DNA of 63,938 nucleotides, the filler included. It is 6 parts of 6 records of this genome, joined end to end, with 100 filler letters (N's around TTAATTAATTAA, not from the genome) between each part and the next. Parts side by side here need not be neighbours in the genome. Positions count along the whole stretch, not along the records: positions 1 to 16,000 come from SRR20825019_1161; 5 more parts are not named here. One strand, given 5' to 3'. The notes under the pieces were generated by a model. That model worked only from the letters and a program-made list of their open reading frames with translations. It had not been told where the DNA came from and did not search any database. Every line of letters begins with the position of its first letter. The first letter of the stretch is position 1. This document shows positions 1-9,196 of the stretch, piece after piece. Position numbers and translations under genes: made by a program.

Positions 1-280
1 CGGACCCGGGGGCAGTGCCCGGCGCCTCCACCAGGAACGGCCAGAGATCCATGTCTGACCTTTGCTGACGGGGGCGAACCAGGATCGACGTGTATCGAAA
101 GATGTTATGCCTTTCGCCCAGGATGGCACCGCTGTAATGGGCCACCTTTAATAAATGCTAACGACAATGACGTCGAGTTCGCTGTTGCTGCGTAAGCAGT
201 CACAAGGACTACATTTATAAATTCCTGAGGGTTGACGCCTTCAGGTGGGGGTTGGGCCACCTAGCAACAGAACGGCCCAC
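1..280 (+). ncRNA. ssrA: Permuted two-piece tmRNA (acceptor piece truncated at the window start)
   Basis: Acceptor piece ends CGCCTCCACCA at 33 with a GGCAGTG T-loop. Intervening segment 34-69. Coding piece starts GGGGGCG at 70 and pairs with CGCCTCC including the G3:U Ala determinant. Tag frame 157-195 encodes ANDNDVEFAVAA*. The 3' end is approximate. Confidence 0.93.
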
Positions 281-366
281 TTCTCTTCCCCTTAAATCAC
301 CTTATGAACCTAGCTTCGGTTGGACGAATCCGTTTTTGGTTTGCGCTCAGTGGTCACTAAATAAGA

Positions 367-444
367 ACCGCCGAGCGCGGGTCACCACTCCCGGCTCGGC
401 GGTCTAAGATCTCTACCCGGTGGTCCTGAATAGCCGGATAGAGA
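367..444. terminator. Two adjacent GC-rich hairpins between tmRNA and the converging lux operon
   Basis: ACCGCCGAGC(367-376)/GCTCGGCGGT(394-403) and TCTCTAcCCGG(410-420)/CCGGaTAGAGA(434-444). No clear U-tract. Confidence 0.45.
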
Positions 445-462
445 CACCAGAGACTTATATCT

Positions 463-801
463 TCAGCAGTAGTGCACCTCTGCCGGCACATCGTCCTGCG
501 CGCCATCAATCATGGCCTGTGTTTCGGCATAGGTAAGTGCGAACAGGATGTCCTCATATGACAGACCTGCGATTGCGTAGAGCAGCCTTGCTACCGCCTG
601 CTCAAGAACAGCTCGGCGAGTATTATGGCCAATTGCCGTAATCGCGTCGCCGTGTGGCACACCAATGGCATATTCCACCCGCTCAACGATCGATTCCACC
701 CGCGCTGGGTCAAGTTGCCCGAACAGGAAAAATAGTTGCTCAGCAGCCTTGTTGATGATGGATGGCTGCACCGGGCCTAATCTGGTATCCGCTATAGTCA
801 T
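463..801 (-). CDS. Hypothetical 112-aa protein translationally coupled to luxI
   Basis: ATG overlaps the luxI stop (ATGA at 798-801). Plausible helical composition, no family recognised. Confidence 0.7.
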   Translation of the reverse strand: MTIADTRLGPVQPSIINKAAEQLFFLFGQLDPARVESIVERVEYAIGVPHGDAITAIGHNTRRAVLEQAVARLLYAIAGLSYEDILFALTYAETQAMIDGAQDDVPAEVHYC

Positions 802-1433
802 ACTGCAATCTCCAACTGCTCTTCCTGCAATGAGCCTGCCTGCAGCACACTGCCTTCAATGTTGCGGTTCTTCGCGACAGTCCTGTAGTCGCGTTCGTTC
901 AAGTCAATCAGAAAGGCGAGCACAACCTCACCGTCTGAAACTGATGGCAGACCAAGCGGTGTTACATCCCAGCCAGCTTTCAAAATGGTCGGAAAAAGCA
1001 CCATGCTCGCCACACAACTGACGTGCGTGATCTCAGACATCAGGGCAAATTCGTATAGGCCACAGACCAGCTCAGACACCGTGCGGTCTCGTTCCAGCAT
1101 CAAATGGCGGCCGGTCAGGCTGTAAAAGCGCGAAATTTCCCAGGTTGTCTTGCCGGTTGGGACGCCCTCAGCACACAGGCCAGGGAACACTTCACTCATC
1201 AGATGCGGCTTGGCTGTGGGAAGGAGGCGCATGGCGCCCTTGAGTTTACCTTTGCTGTCTATGCACAGAAGATAAACAGTATCGGGACGGTCGAACTGAT
1301 CGCGCTCTATCCCGTCGGCACAATCAAGTGTCCATCCCATCTTCTCTACAAAGACATCATAGCGTTGCTGCCAAAGCTCTCTCAAATAACCTTTGTATCT
1401 GGCTTTGTTATGAGCACCCACGACGTGGATCAT
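798..1433 (-). CDS. luxI: Acyl-homoserine lactone synthase (LuxI family)
   Basis: Motifs RYDVFVEKMGW, ERDQFD, MRLLPT and WEISRF. GGAGG RBS upstream. Confidence 0.95.
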   Translation of the reverse strand: MIHVVGAHNKARYKGYLRELWQQRYDVFVEKMGWTLDCADGIERDQFDRPDTVYLLCIDSKGKLKGAMRLLPTAKPHLMSEVFPGLCAEGVPTGKTTWEISRFYSLTGRHLMLERDRTVSELVCGLYEFALMSEITHVSCVASMVLFPTILKAGWDVTPLGLPSVSDGEVVLAFLIDLNERDYRTVAKNRNIEGSVLQAGSLQEEQLEIAV

Positions 1434-1535
1434 ATTAGCCTCCTTGGTGATTTAGGTGGCCTCCATGATCGGATTTCCCGGGGTAGCGGGCTATTAGCTA
1501 ATCAGACTAGGTTTTTCCACCGCGTTGAATATTAA

Positions 1536-2276
1536 CTACCCAGAGTAGAAATTTGTCGCCAGGAACGCCTTGACCACTGCCTGAAGGCGCGTGTGCACGC
1601 CCAGCTTGCGCTTTGCATTCTCAATATGCGCATGCACTGTACGCTCGGCGATGTGGGGGATGCTGGAGATTTCCCAGTCCGTTTTTCCAGCCGACACCCA
1701 GCGCAAACATTCAAGCTCCCTAGGGCTTAACTCCTGCCGGTCAGCCGTCGGGTGTTGTCCTTCGTCCCCGAGCTTGACGGCCCGGTCATGCATGTAAACG
1801 CTCATAAGGTGAAGAGCATGCTCAACGGAAGGGTCATGCTGGCTGTATTCACCCACGATGTTTACGGCGCCAGGATATGAGCCAACCACATGAATGGGAA
1901 CAGTAACTCCGTACACAAGGCCAGCGTCTTCTGCCTCATCAAAGAAGCGTTGCTGCTCGCCGGAGCGGCCTTTCACAACGGTTTCATTTTCCCAGTTGAA
2001 CGGCATGCTTGTGCCAAGGGAAAGCTGAAGGATCTTGTCGATCCGATCATACTTCTTTTCAAGATAATATTTGGTCCAGTCGTCTGGATAATGGGCGAGA
2101 AAGACTGCGTTTTCAGGCAAGGTATCAAATGCGACGCAGGAGACACAGGCGTAATGATCAAAGCCAAGCCGCGCGGTGCTTGTTTGAAACAACTGGCCAA
2201 GACTTTCGAGGTCGCCGGTCGTTTTGGCTCCATCAATAAAATCGAGCGCGATTTGAAAGCTTTGAAGGTTGCCCAT
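1536..2276 (-). CDS. luxR: LuxR-family regulator (autoinducer-binding domain + HTH)
   Basis: YPDDWTKYY...D...PFNW, GVTVPIH and LSPRELECLRWVSAGKTDWEI. Confidence 0.93.
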   Translation of the reverse strand: MGNLQSFQIALDFIDGAKTTGDLESLGQLFQTSTARLGFDHYACVSCVAFDTLPENAVFLAHYPDDWTKYYLEKKYDRIDKILQLSLGTSMPFNWENETVVKGRSGEQQRFFDEAEDAGLVYGVTVPIHVVGSYPGAVNIVGEYSQHDPSVEHALHLMSVYMHDRAVKLGDEGQHPTADRQELSPRELECLRWVSAGKTDWEISSIPHIAERTVHAHIENAKRKLGVHTRLQAVVKAFLATNFYSG

Positions 2277-2416
2277 ATCCTACCTTTCAAGCACGTCACC
2301 ATGGCACCGCTCGCCAGGCAGCACCTCTCTCTTCAGCTCCTTGCCCCAATACAGCGGGACCAATCAATTTGTACGATTCCCCAATCGTTCACACCTTATA
2401 GCCCGCGGGGGCCATC

Positions 2417-3190
2417 TCAGTAAATTAAATTGCTCAAAAATGCCTTCACAACGGCCTGAACCCGAGAGTTAACCTCCAGTTTTGCTTTCGCACCTTCAAT
2501 ATGGTTGTGGACGGTACGTTCAGCGATGGAAAGAATGCCCGCAATCTCCCAGTCTGTCTTCCCTGCTGCCACCCACTGCAAGCATTCCCGCTCACGCGGT
2601 GTGAGCTTGATCAGGGGCCGCATCGCTCGGTTTTCTTTTTTTGCCAACCTGAGCGCAGCATCATGCAGATACACGCTCATCAGGTGAATGGAATGCTCAG
2701 CGGCAGCGTCAACCTGTCGTTTTGAACCAACAACGTTAACCGCACCGGGAAAGGATCCAACAATATGTATGGGCACGGTGATACCGAACAACATGCCCTC
2801 GCCCGTGACTTTACTTGAGGTTCCCTCTTTATTTCCCGTTGTTCCTGGGGCATCAAACAGCGCGCCGGAACTATCCCAATTGAAGGGCATATGTTCCTTT
2901 AGAGAGACCTGCAAAATGCGGTCCGTGCGACCAAAATGTTCTTCTAGATAGTGATTGGACCAATCAGCTGGATAGTCGGCTATAAAAACCGCGCCCTCTG
3001 GCATGGAGCCGAACTCAACACAGGATATACAGGCATAATGGTCAAAACCCAGCGGTCGATAGGACTTCTGGAACGCAGCGCTCAGCGCCTCCAGCGTTTT
3101 CACTTTCTTGGAAGCTTCAATAAACTCCACTGCCAACCGAAAATATTCGAGATCCATACGCCAAGTTCGCTTACCAGTGTGCTTCGCCAT
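2417..3190 (-). CDS. luxR: Second LuxR-family regulator, paralog of 1536-2276 (start may be 3157)
   Basis: YPADWSNHY...D...PFNW and LTPRERECLQWVAAGKTDWEI. Confidence 0.92.
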   Translation of the reverse strand: MAKHTGKRTWRMDLEYFRLAVEFIEASKKVKTLEALSAAFQKSYRPLGFDHYACISCVEFGSMPEGAVFIADYPADWSNHYLEEHFGRTDRILQVSLKEHMPFNWDSSGALFDAPGTTGNKEGTSSKVTGEGMLFGITVPIHIVGSFPGAVNVVGSKRQVDAAAEHSIHLMSVYLHDAALRLAKKENRAMRPLIKLTPRERECLQWVAAGKTDWEIAGILSIAERTVHNHIEGAKAKLEVNSRVQAVVKAFLSNLIY

Positions 3191-3363
3191 TCACCGATAC
3201 GCTATTCAGTGTATCAGCTCCAACGACGCGACCTTCAAAAAATCCAGCTCATCACCCACCTAAGCTGTTGAAGATCATCAAAAAAGCCGTCTTATAATAA
3301 CGGCGCTGTTGGTGACATAAACCTTAACCTCGAACGAGATATACAGAAACAGGTCTTTTTACA

Positions 3364-3390
3364 CTAATTTCCGTTTAACGATTAAATAAC
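3364..3390. promoter_or_regulatory. Candidate overlapping CtrA-type sites
   Basis: CTAA-N7-TTAAC (3364-3379) and TTAA-N7-ATAAC (3375-3390), each one mismatch from TTAA-N7-TTAAC. Confidence 0.4.
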
Positions 3391-3466
3391 ACCCTATGCG
3401 CTAATTTTGACGACGCACATTCAGAGTTTTTTTTGATACTTTACGGGAAAAAGCCTGAAATATCCC

Positions 3467-3495
3467 TTCACGCCTATCCGGCTTGGCATTATAAG
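3467..3495 (+). promoter_or_regulatory. Candidate sigma70 promoter of sspB
   Basis: TTCACG-17 bp-TATAAG. Confidence 0.45.
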
Positions 3496-3536
3496 GAGCC
3501 CAAACCGAGTGTATTGTAACGGGGAGCTTGGCCAGC

Positions 3537-4082
3537 ATGTCAGATACTTATATTGATTATGATGCAAAGGTGCAGGAAGCACTTCGCGGAGTTGTTCGCG
3601 CTGTGTTGACTGATACCGAGAAGAATGGCTTGCAAGGCGAGCATCATTTTTATATCGCGTTCAAAACGCAGGCTGATGGTGTTGATATACCTGCTCATCT
3701 GGTCAGTCGCTTCCCGGAAGAGATGACCATCGTGCTTCAGCACAAATTCTGGGGCCTTAAAGTAGAGGAAGACCATTTCATGGTTGGCCTTTCTTTCAAC
3801 CAGAAGCCCGAGCATCTACACATCCCCTTCGATGCAGTGGTTGGTTTTGTCGACCCTAGTGTACAATTTGCGCTTCAGTTCCATGAAGATGCTGACTTTG
3901 ACGACGAAGACGCCGACGCGGCTGACTTTGAAGACGCACCTGAAGGCGCAATCGCGGATGTAAGTAGTCAAGACATCGCAGGTGATGATGTGCCTGCGGA
4001 CGACACACCCGCAGAAGGCACCAGCGGTACACAAACCGGCACCGATAACGTGGTAACACTCGACGCTTTCCGGAAAAAATGA
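3537..4082 (+). CDS. sspB: ClpXP adaptor SspB (alphaproteobacterial type)
   Basis: IDYDAKVQEALRGVV, HHFYIAF, FPEEMTIVLQHKFW, acidic linker and C-terminal VVTLDAFRKK ClpX-binding motif. Confidence 0.95.
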   Translation: MSDTYIDYDAKVQEALRGVVRAVLTDTEKNGLQGEHHFYIAFKTQADGVDIPAHLVSRFPEEMTIVLQHKFWGLKVEEDHFMVGLSFNQKPEHLHIPFDAVVGFVDPSVQFALQFHEDADFDDEDADAADFEDAPEGAIADVSSQDIAGDDVPADDTPAEGTSGTQTGTDNVVTLDAFRKK

Positions 4083-4162
4083 CCATATCCGGCGCCGACC
4101 ACTCAGTATTCTGTCAGCACTAAAGCCCGCCTTGGGCTCCCAAATTGAAAGAGACGTCCATC

Positions 4163-5773
4163 ATGAGCGATTGGTCTTACAGCGATCTTTTCCAGTCAGG
4201 AAAGGATAAAACCCCTTATCGCAAACTCACCTCAGACTTCGTCTCCACCGTTAATGTGGATGGGCGAGAAATCCTGAAGGTTGCTGATGAAGGGTTGGAG
4301 CTGTTGGCACGTGAAGCCATGTCCGACATCGCTCATTTGCTGCGCCCCGGTCACCTGCAACAGCTCGCGAACATCCTCAAAGATGACGAGGCAAGCGAAA
4401 ACGACCGTTTTGTCGCAAAGGAGCTACTCAAAAACGCGAATATCGCAGCAGGCCGCATATTGCCCGGCTGTCAGGACACTGGCACTGCCATCATTGTTGG
4501 CAACAAAGGCCAGCATGTATGGACAGACGGCAACGATGCCGCACCACTGACCAAAGGCGTTATGCGCACGTATACGGAAACCAACCTGCGCTATAGCCAG
4601 ATGGCTCCGCTTTCCATGTATAAGGAAGTAAATACCAAGAATAACACGCCAGCTCAGATCGATATCTACGCCAACGAAGGTAACGAATATAAATTCCTGT
4701 TCCTCGCCAAAGGCGGCGGAAGCGCGAACAAGACTTTCCTCTTCCAGCAGACACCCGCCACACTCCGCGAAGACCGCATGCTCGCATTTCTTGAGGAGAA
4801 AATCAAAACTCTGGGTACCTCAGCCTGCCCACCCTACCATCTTGCGATTGTGATTGGTGGCCTCTCGGCCGAGCAGAACCTTGCGACAGTGAAAAAGGCC
4901 TCTGCGCGCTACTACGACGAGCTTCCCACCGAGGGTGACGTCACAGGCCGCGCCTTCCGTGACGTAGAGATGGAAGAAAAAGTCCACAAAATGACCCAGA
5001 AAATGGGCATTGGCGCTCAGTTTGGCGGTAAATATTTCTGCCACGACGTGCGTATTATCCGCCTGCCACGACACGGCGCTAGCCTACCCGTGGGTATCGG
5101 TGTTTCCTGTTCAGCTGACAGGCAAGCCAAAGGAAAAATCACCAAAGACGGCATTTTCCTGGAACAACTTGAAGCCGACCCGGCAAAATATTTGCCTGAG
5201 GTCGTGGACGCGCATCTTTCAGAAGAGGTGGTGAAAATCGACCTTAACCGACCGATGAAGGACATTCTGGCGCAACTGACCCAATATCCCATCAAAACGA
5301 GGCTCAGCCTCTCCGGCACTATTGTTGTTGCACGTGATCTGGCGCATGCCCGCATTCAGGCCATGATGGAAGACGGCGCAGAAATGCCTGCCTACTTCAA
5401 AGATCATATCATCTATTATGCTGGCCCCGCGAAAACACCTGAAGGCTACGCCTCAGGCTCCTTCGGCCCAACAACGGCGGGCCGCATGGACAGCTATGTT
5501 GGTCCCTTCCAGAAGCTGGGCGGCAGCATGATCAGCCTCGCCAAGGGCAACCGCTCCCGTGAGGTGACAAAAGCCTGCGGTGAGAATGGCGGCTTCTACC
5601 TTGGCTCTATTGGCGGCCCCGCCGCCATCCTCGCGAAAAACAACATCCGCAAGGTTGAAGTACTGGATTTTGAAGACCTTGGCATGGAAGCCGTATGGAA
5701 GATTGATGTGGAAGATTTTCCAGCCTTCATCGTTGTTGACGACAAGGGCAATGACTTCTTTAAAGACCTTTAA
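4163..5773 (+). CDS. fumA: Class I (Fe-S) fumarate hydratase
   Basis: [28 protein letters not shown] and GPTTAGRMD motifs. Confidence 0.95.
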   Translation: MSDWSYSDLFQSGKDKTPYRKLTSDFVSTVNVDGREILKVADEGLELLAREAMSDIAHLLRPGHLQQLANILKDDEASENDRFVAKELLKNANIAAGRILPGCQDTGTAIIVGNKGQHVWTDGNDAAPLTKGVMRTYTETNLRYSQMAPLSMYKEVNTKNNTPAQIDIYANEGNEYKFLFLAKGGGSANKTFLFQQTPATLREDRMLAFLEEKIKTLGTSACPPYHLAIVIGGLSAEQNLATVKKASARYYDELPTEGDVTGRAFRDVEMEEKVHKMTQKMGIGAQFGGKYFCHDVRIIRLPRHGASLPVGIGVSCSADRQAKGKITKDGIFLEQLEADPAKYLPEVVDAHLSEEVVKIDLNRPMKDILAQLTQYPIKTRLSLSGTIVVARDLAHARIQAMMEDGAEMPAYFKDHIIYYAGPAKTPEGYASGSFGPTTAGRMDSYVGPFQKLGGSMISLAKGNRSREVTKACGENGGFYLGSIGGPAAILAKNNIRKVEVLDFEDLGMEAVWKIDVEDFPAFIVVDDKGNDFFKDL

Positions 5774-5791
5774 GCCCCAGGGGATGTTGCA

Positions 5792-6253
5792 ATGACTGTG
5801 ACGATCAGGGATGCAGCGTCCGAAGCTGACCTAAAGGCGGCCTATGCATTGATTACCGCATTGGCCGCCCATGAAAACGCAAGCCACTATCTTAAAGTTT
5901 CAGAAAACGCTTTTACAGAAGGGGCACTTTCGCACCCTCCCCGCTTTCATGTCATGGTAGCGGAAGAGCATAGCAAAATTCTTGGTGCCGTGACCTATAC
6001 CTCTCGCTTCCACATCTGGTCTGGCAAGGATGTCTTGATCCTTGATGATCTGTATGTTGACCCTGCCGCGCGCGGCAAAGGTCTAGGTGGTAAGCTCCTT
6101 AACGCCATTGGCCAAATTGCCAAAAAGCGCGACCTGCCGGTAAAGTGGCAGGTCAACACTGATAACGAGGGCGCCATCCGCCTTTATAAGCGGATGGGGG
6201 CTGATTATTCAGAGCGTGGTGTTTGCTTTTGGCGCCCGGAGAAAATCAGCTAG
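5792..6253 (+). CDS. GNAT family N-acetyltransferase
   Basis: LDDLYVDPAARGKGLG and NEGAIRLY acetyl-CoA binding motifs. Confidence 0.9.
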   Translation: MTVTIRDAASEADLKAAYALITALAAHENASHYLKVSENAFTEGALSHPPRFHVMVAEEHSKILGAVTYTSRFHIWSGKDVLILDDLYVDPAARGKGLGGKLLNAIGQIAKKRDLPVKWQVNTDNEGAIRLYKRMGADYSERGVCFWRPEKIS

Positions 6254-7617
6254 CCCAGTATAACCTTCGTGGCTTTTTCAATCGCCGCAAGCGACCGGTC
6301 AACATCCGCTCCCGTCGTGCGCCAGCTTGATACACTGATGCGGATGGCGTGCCGCCCCTTCCAGACAGTTGGCCCAAACCAGCATTCACCAGATTCTTCC
6401 ACATGTGAGCGGATTGCTACCAATTCCTCTGCGCTTCCGATTGTAGCTACGACCTGATTGAGCATCACATCATTCAGCACCTCAAAACCGATGGCGCGCA
6501 GACCGTCTGCAAAGTACCGCGCATGAGCACAGCACCGGTCGATCATAGCTGCGACACCGCTCCGCCCCAGTGTCCGGAGTGCGGCCCACACCTCCACACC
6601 GCGCGCACGACGGGAAAACTCAGGCACCATATCCTTTGGCGCATTTTGGCCATCTGCCCTGAAATAAGGCGCCGTTGTTGCCATGGCCTGGTGCAGCATT
6701 GAAGCATCACGACATAACACGATGCCGCAGTCATATGGCGTATTCAGCCATTTATGCGCGTCGGTTGCGAAGCTATGCGCCAGTTCAATGCCCTTGAAAT
6801 ACTGTTGATGGCTTTCAAGAAGCTTGGCCCATATGCCAAAGGCCCCGTCAACATGAACCCACGCGCCAACTTTCCCGGCTTCCTTTGCGATCTCGCCAAT
6901 AGGGTCAATCGCGCCAGTGTTTACATTTCCGGCTTGGGTGCAAACGAGCGTAAGTGCATCAAGTGTTGGAATTTCTTCGAAGATCATGGCGCCATTGCTA
7001 TCTGTCGGCACTTTAATGACCCGGTTTTTGCCAAACCCAAGCATGGAAAGCGCTTTCTCAACTGTCACATGCACTTCTTCAGAGACCACAACCTTGACCT
7101 CCGGTGCGCCATACAGGCCCTGCTCTTCCACATTCCAGCCTGCGTTAGAGAGAAGCGCAGTACGGCCCGCCGCCAGCCCCGTAAAGTTTGCCATGGTCGC
7201 GCCCGTGGTCATACCCACACCGGTTGATGCGGGCAAATCAAAGAGGTCAATAAGCCAACCACCCGCGACGGTTTCGAGCTTTACACCCGCGGGCGAATTC
7301 ATCTCGGACGACGGGCTTTGGTCCCAGGCTGTTGCAAGCCAGTTTGCCGCAACGGTTACTGGCAAAGCGCCTCCAACCACAAAACCGAAATACCGGCTCC
7401 CGGTTGTGACTGCTGTGGCGGGGCTGCCTACCCGGTGCAACAGATCAAGCGTTTCTTCCGCGCTCGCGCCATCCACCGGTAATCTTTCGTCAAAACCAGC
7501 CAGTCCGGCTCGCGCCTCTGCGCTCGGAAACACAGACATCTCAGGCACATTTGCCAGATAATCTTGAGCCAAACTCGCCGCGTGCTTCAAATCGCGTTCA
7601 TAGGTCGTATCCATCAA
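6250..7617 (-). CDS. PLP-dependent group II amino-acid decarboxylase
   Basis: YFGFVVGG, GATMAN, WVHVDGAFG and DAHKWL (Schiff-base Lys). Confidence 0.92.
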   Translation of the reverse strand: MMDTTYERDLKHAASLAQDYLANVPEMSVFPSAEARAGLAGFDERLPVDGASAEETLDLLHRVGSPATAVTTGSRYFGFVVGGALPVTVAANWLATAWDQSPSSEMNSPAGVKLETVAGGWLIDLFDLPASTGVGMTTGATMANFTGLAAGRTALLSNAGWNVEEQGLYGAPEVKVVVSEEVHVTVEKALSMLGFGKNRVIKVPTDSNGAMIFEEIPTLDALTLVCTQAGNVNTGAIDPIGEIAKEAGKVGAWVHVDGAFGIWAKLLESHQQYFKGIELAHSFATDAHKWLNTPYDCGIVLCRDASMLHQAMATTAPYFRADGQNAPKDMVPEFSRRARGVEVWAALRTLGRSGVAAMIDRCCAHARYFADGLRAIGFEVLNDVMLNQVVATIGSAEELVAIRSHVEESGECWFGPTVWKGRHAIRISVSSWRTTGADVDRSLAAIEKATKVILG

Positions 7618-7928
7618 ACTGCCTCGCTTATCGCTGTTTTAAACCGGTTAATGGCGTCTTCATCGCGCCTGTAAAATACCCAGCCCTTTTTTCGGGTAGG
7701 GAGGATAAACCCGGCAGCCACCAGCACCTTGAGGTGCCGGGCGGCCGTAGGCTGGCTAACCTCAAGTCGTTCTGTCAGCCAGTTCGCGCACACGCCGTCT
7801 GTAATGAGATCACCGTCCACCTGTGGCGGAAAATTCGCAGTAGGGTCTTTCAGAAGCTCAAGAACATACAAACGCTTGTCGCTCGCGAGCGCCTTTAACC
7901 CTGTCTCAATATCTACATACATAGCCAT
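7614..7928 (-). CDS. ArsR/SmtB family repressor
   Basis: LKALASDKRL...SQPTAARHLKVLVAAG...GWVFY. Its stop overlaps the decarboxylase start. Confidence 0.9.
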   Translation of the reverse strand: MAMYVDIETGLKALASDKRLYVLELLKDPTANFPPQVDGDLITDGVCANWLTERLEVSQPTAARHLKVLVAAGFILPTRKKGWVFYRRDEDAINRFKTAISEAV

Positions 7929-7946
7929 ATAGCTTAATTGCTATAT
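7927..7946. promoter_or_regulatory. Palindromic operator at the arsR start (probable autoregulation)
   Basis: ATATAGC-TTAATT-GCTATAT, a 7-6-7 inverted repeat. Confidence 0.65.
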
Positions 7947-8047
7947 TATGAACTAGATATCAAACAAGAAGTAGTTTTAAGCATCAAAAGGATTTCTATT
8001 CACTCTGCCCAACTGAGAGCACTTGTAGCGCGCCGGGCTATCCGGCG

Positions 8048-9166
8048 CTAAAGGTGAAGCTCAAAGTCAGCTTCTGCCACGGAAACGCCGTTGATGATAA
8101 TTTCAAGCCTATGAAGCCCTTCATAGTAGCGGCGCGTGGTAATGGGCTTGATTACGTGACGACGTTCAGCCTTCAAGCCACCGTCCTTGAGTTTCGCGTC
8201 TTTCCATTTGAAGACTTTTGGAGCCGTCCCCCCGTTCGACTTCACAAAATGAATAGCGTAATCGACCATTACCGGCGCCGCTTTATCCGGCGCCCTGACA
8301 TTGATGTCGAATTCAAGCGCGTCTCCAAACACTACCTTCGGGGTCAAGACAGAAAGTTCGCAGGTAAGCCCCTCAACGGCTTTGTATCCAAAGGCCGCAA
8401 GCGTGTTCTCGTCCCCAGCTTTCAAAAGCGTTCTGCAAGCATGGCGAACAAGGCGCACGCGCTCAACAGACGCTCCTTCAAGCCAATCATGCGCGATCGC
8501 TGCCACCATCGCGGGGTGGTCCTTGGCTATGTCATTCAAGCTATTGGCGACCGAGCGACGAACATAGTCCTCCCCATCATCCCGTAACGCCTTCAGGAAT
8601 GGTAATATGGGCGCGGGGTCAACAACGAACTCATTGAGCCGAAGGCCCCAAGGCAAACGGGGTCGTGTCCCCTCACTCACCAAACGCCTTACGTGACGGC
8701 TTCGGTCGTCCACCCAGCCATTGAGCACCGAAAGCGTGTAGTCCCGATGTTCAACAAGAAACGGCCGGATAGCAAACTCGGCAGTAAAACGCTTGGTCAC
8801 CTCCTTAAGAAGCGGCAGTGCTTTTTCAGGTTGGTGCAGCCCTCGGTGGGTAACTAGGTCAGTGACAGGCCACGCAGCAAACCCCATCAAGCCGGTGCCG
8901 TCGAACGTAAGACCCTCCCCGTTTGGGTCTTCACTTTCGTGAAGGCTCGCGAGCACCACTTCTTCAAATTCATCAAATGGCGCTGGCAGGGTCTGGTCGA
9001 GCGCATGCATGATCTGGGTCGCGCGTTCTTTCAACTCAAGTGTGTCAAGCCCGGTCGTCGACAGCTCTATAAACCGCTGTTTGTCAAAGCCCTCGCAGGC
9101 TCGCTCGAATATATCGGCTGTTTTCCCAATAAGGTCTTGATTGAAGTAATTTTTGAAAGGTTCCAC
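8048..9166 (-). CDS. alkC: AlkC-family DNA alkylation repair glycosylase (HEAT-like repeats + C-terminal beta domain)
   Basis: RFTAEFAIRPFL, RRLVSEGTRPRLPW and YVRRSVANSLNDIAKDHP. Confidence 0.85.
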   Translation of the reverse strand: MEPFKNYFNQDLIGKTADIFERACEGFDKQRFIELSTTGLDTLELKERATQIMHALDQTLPAPFDEFEEVVLASLHESEDPNGEGLTFDGTGLMGFAAWPVTDLVTHRGLHQPEKALPLLKEVTKRFTAEFAIRPFLVEHRDYTLSVLNGWVDDRSRHVRRLVSEGTRPRLPWGLRLNEFVVDPAPILPFLKALRDDGEDYVRRSVANSLNDIAKDHPAMVAAIAHDWLEGASVERVRLVRHACRTLLKAGDENTLAAFGYKAVEGLTCELSVLTPKVVFGDALEFDINVRAPDKAAPVMVDYAIHFVKSNGGTAPKVFKWKDAKLKDGGLKAERRHVIKPITTRRYYEGLHRLEIIINGVSVAEADFELHL

Positions 9167-9196
9167 CGTGTTTCTCGCTGTGGCTCAATTGTATTT

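Noticed and set aside
281-3536. Active integrative element at ssrA
   Set aside because: No integrase and no duplicated tmRNA end found.
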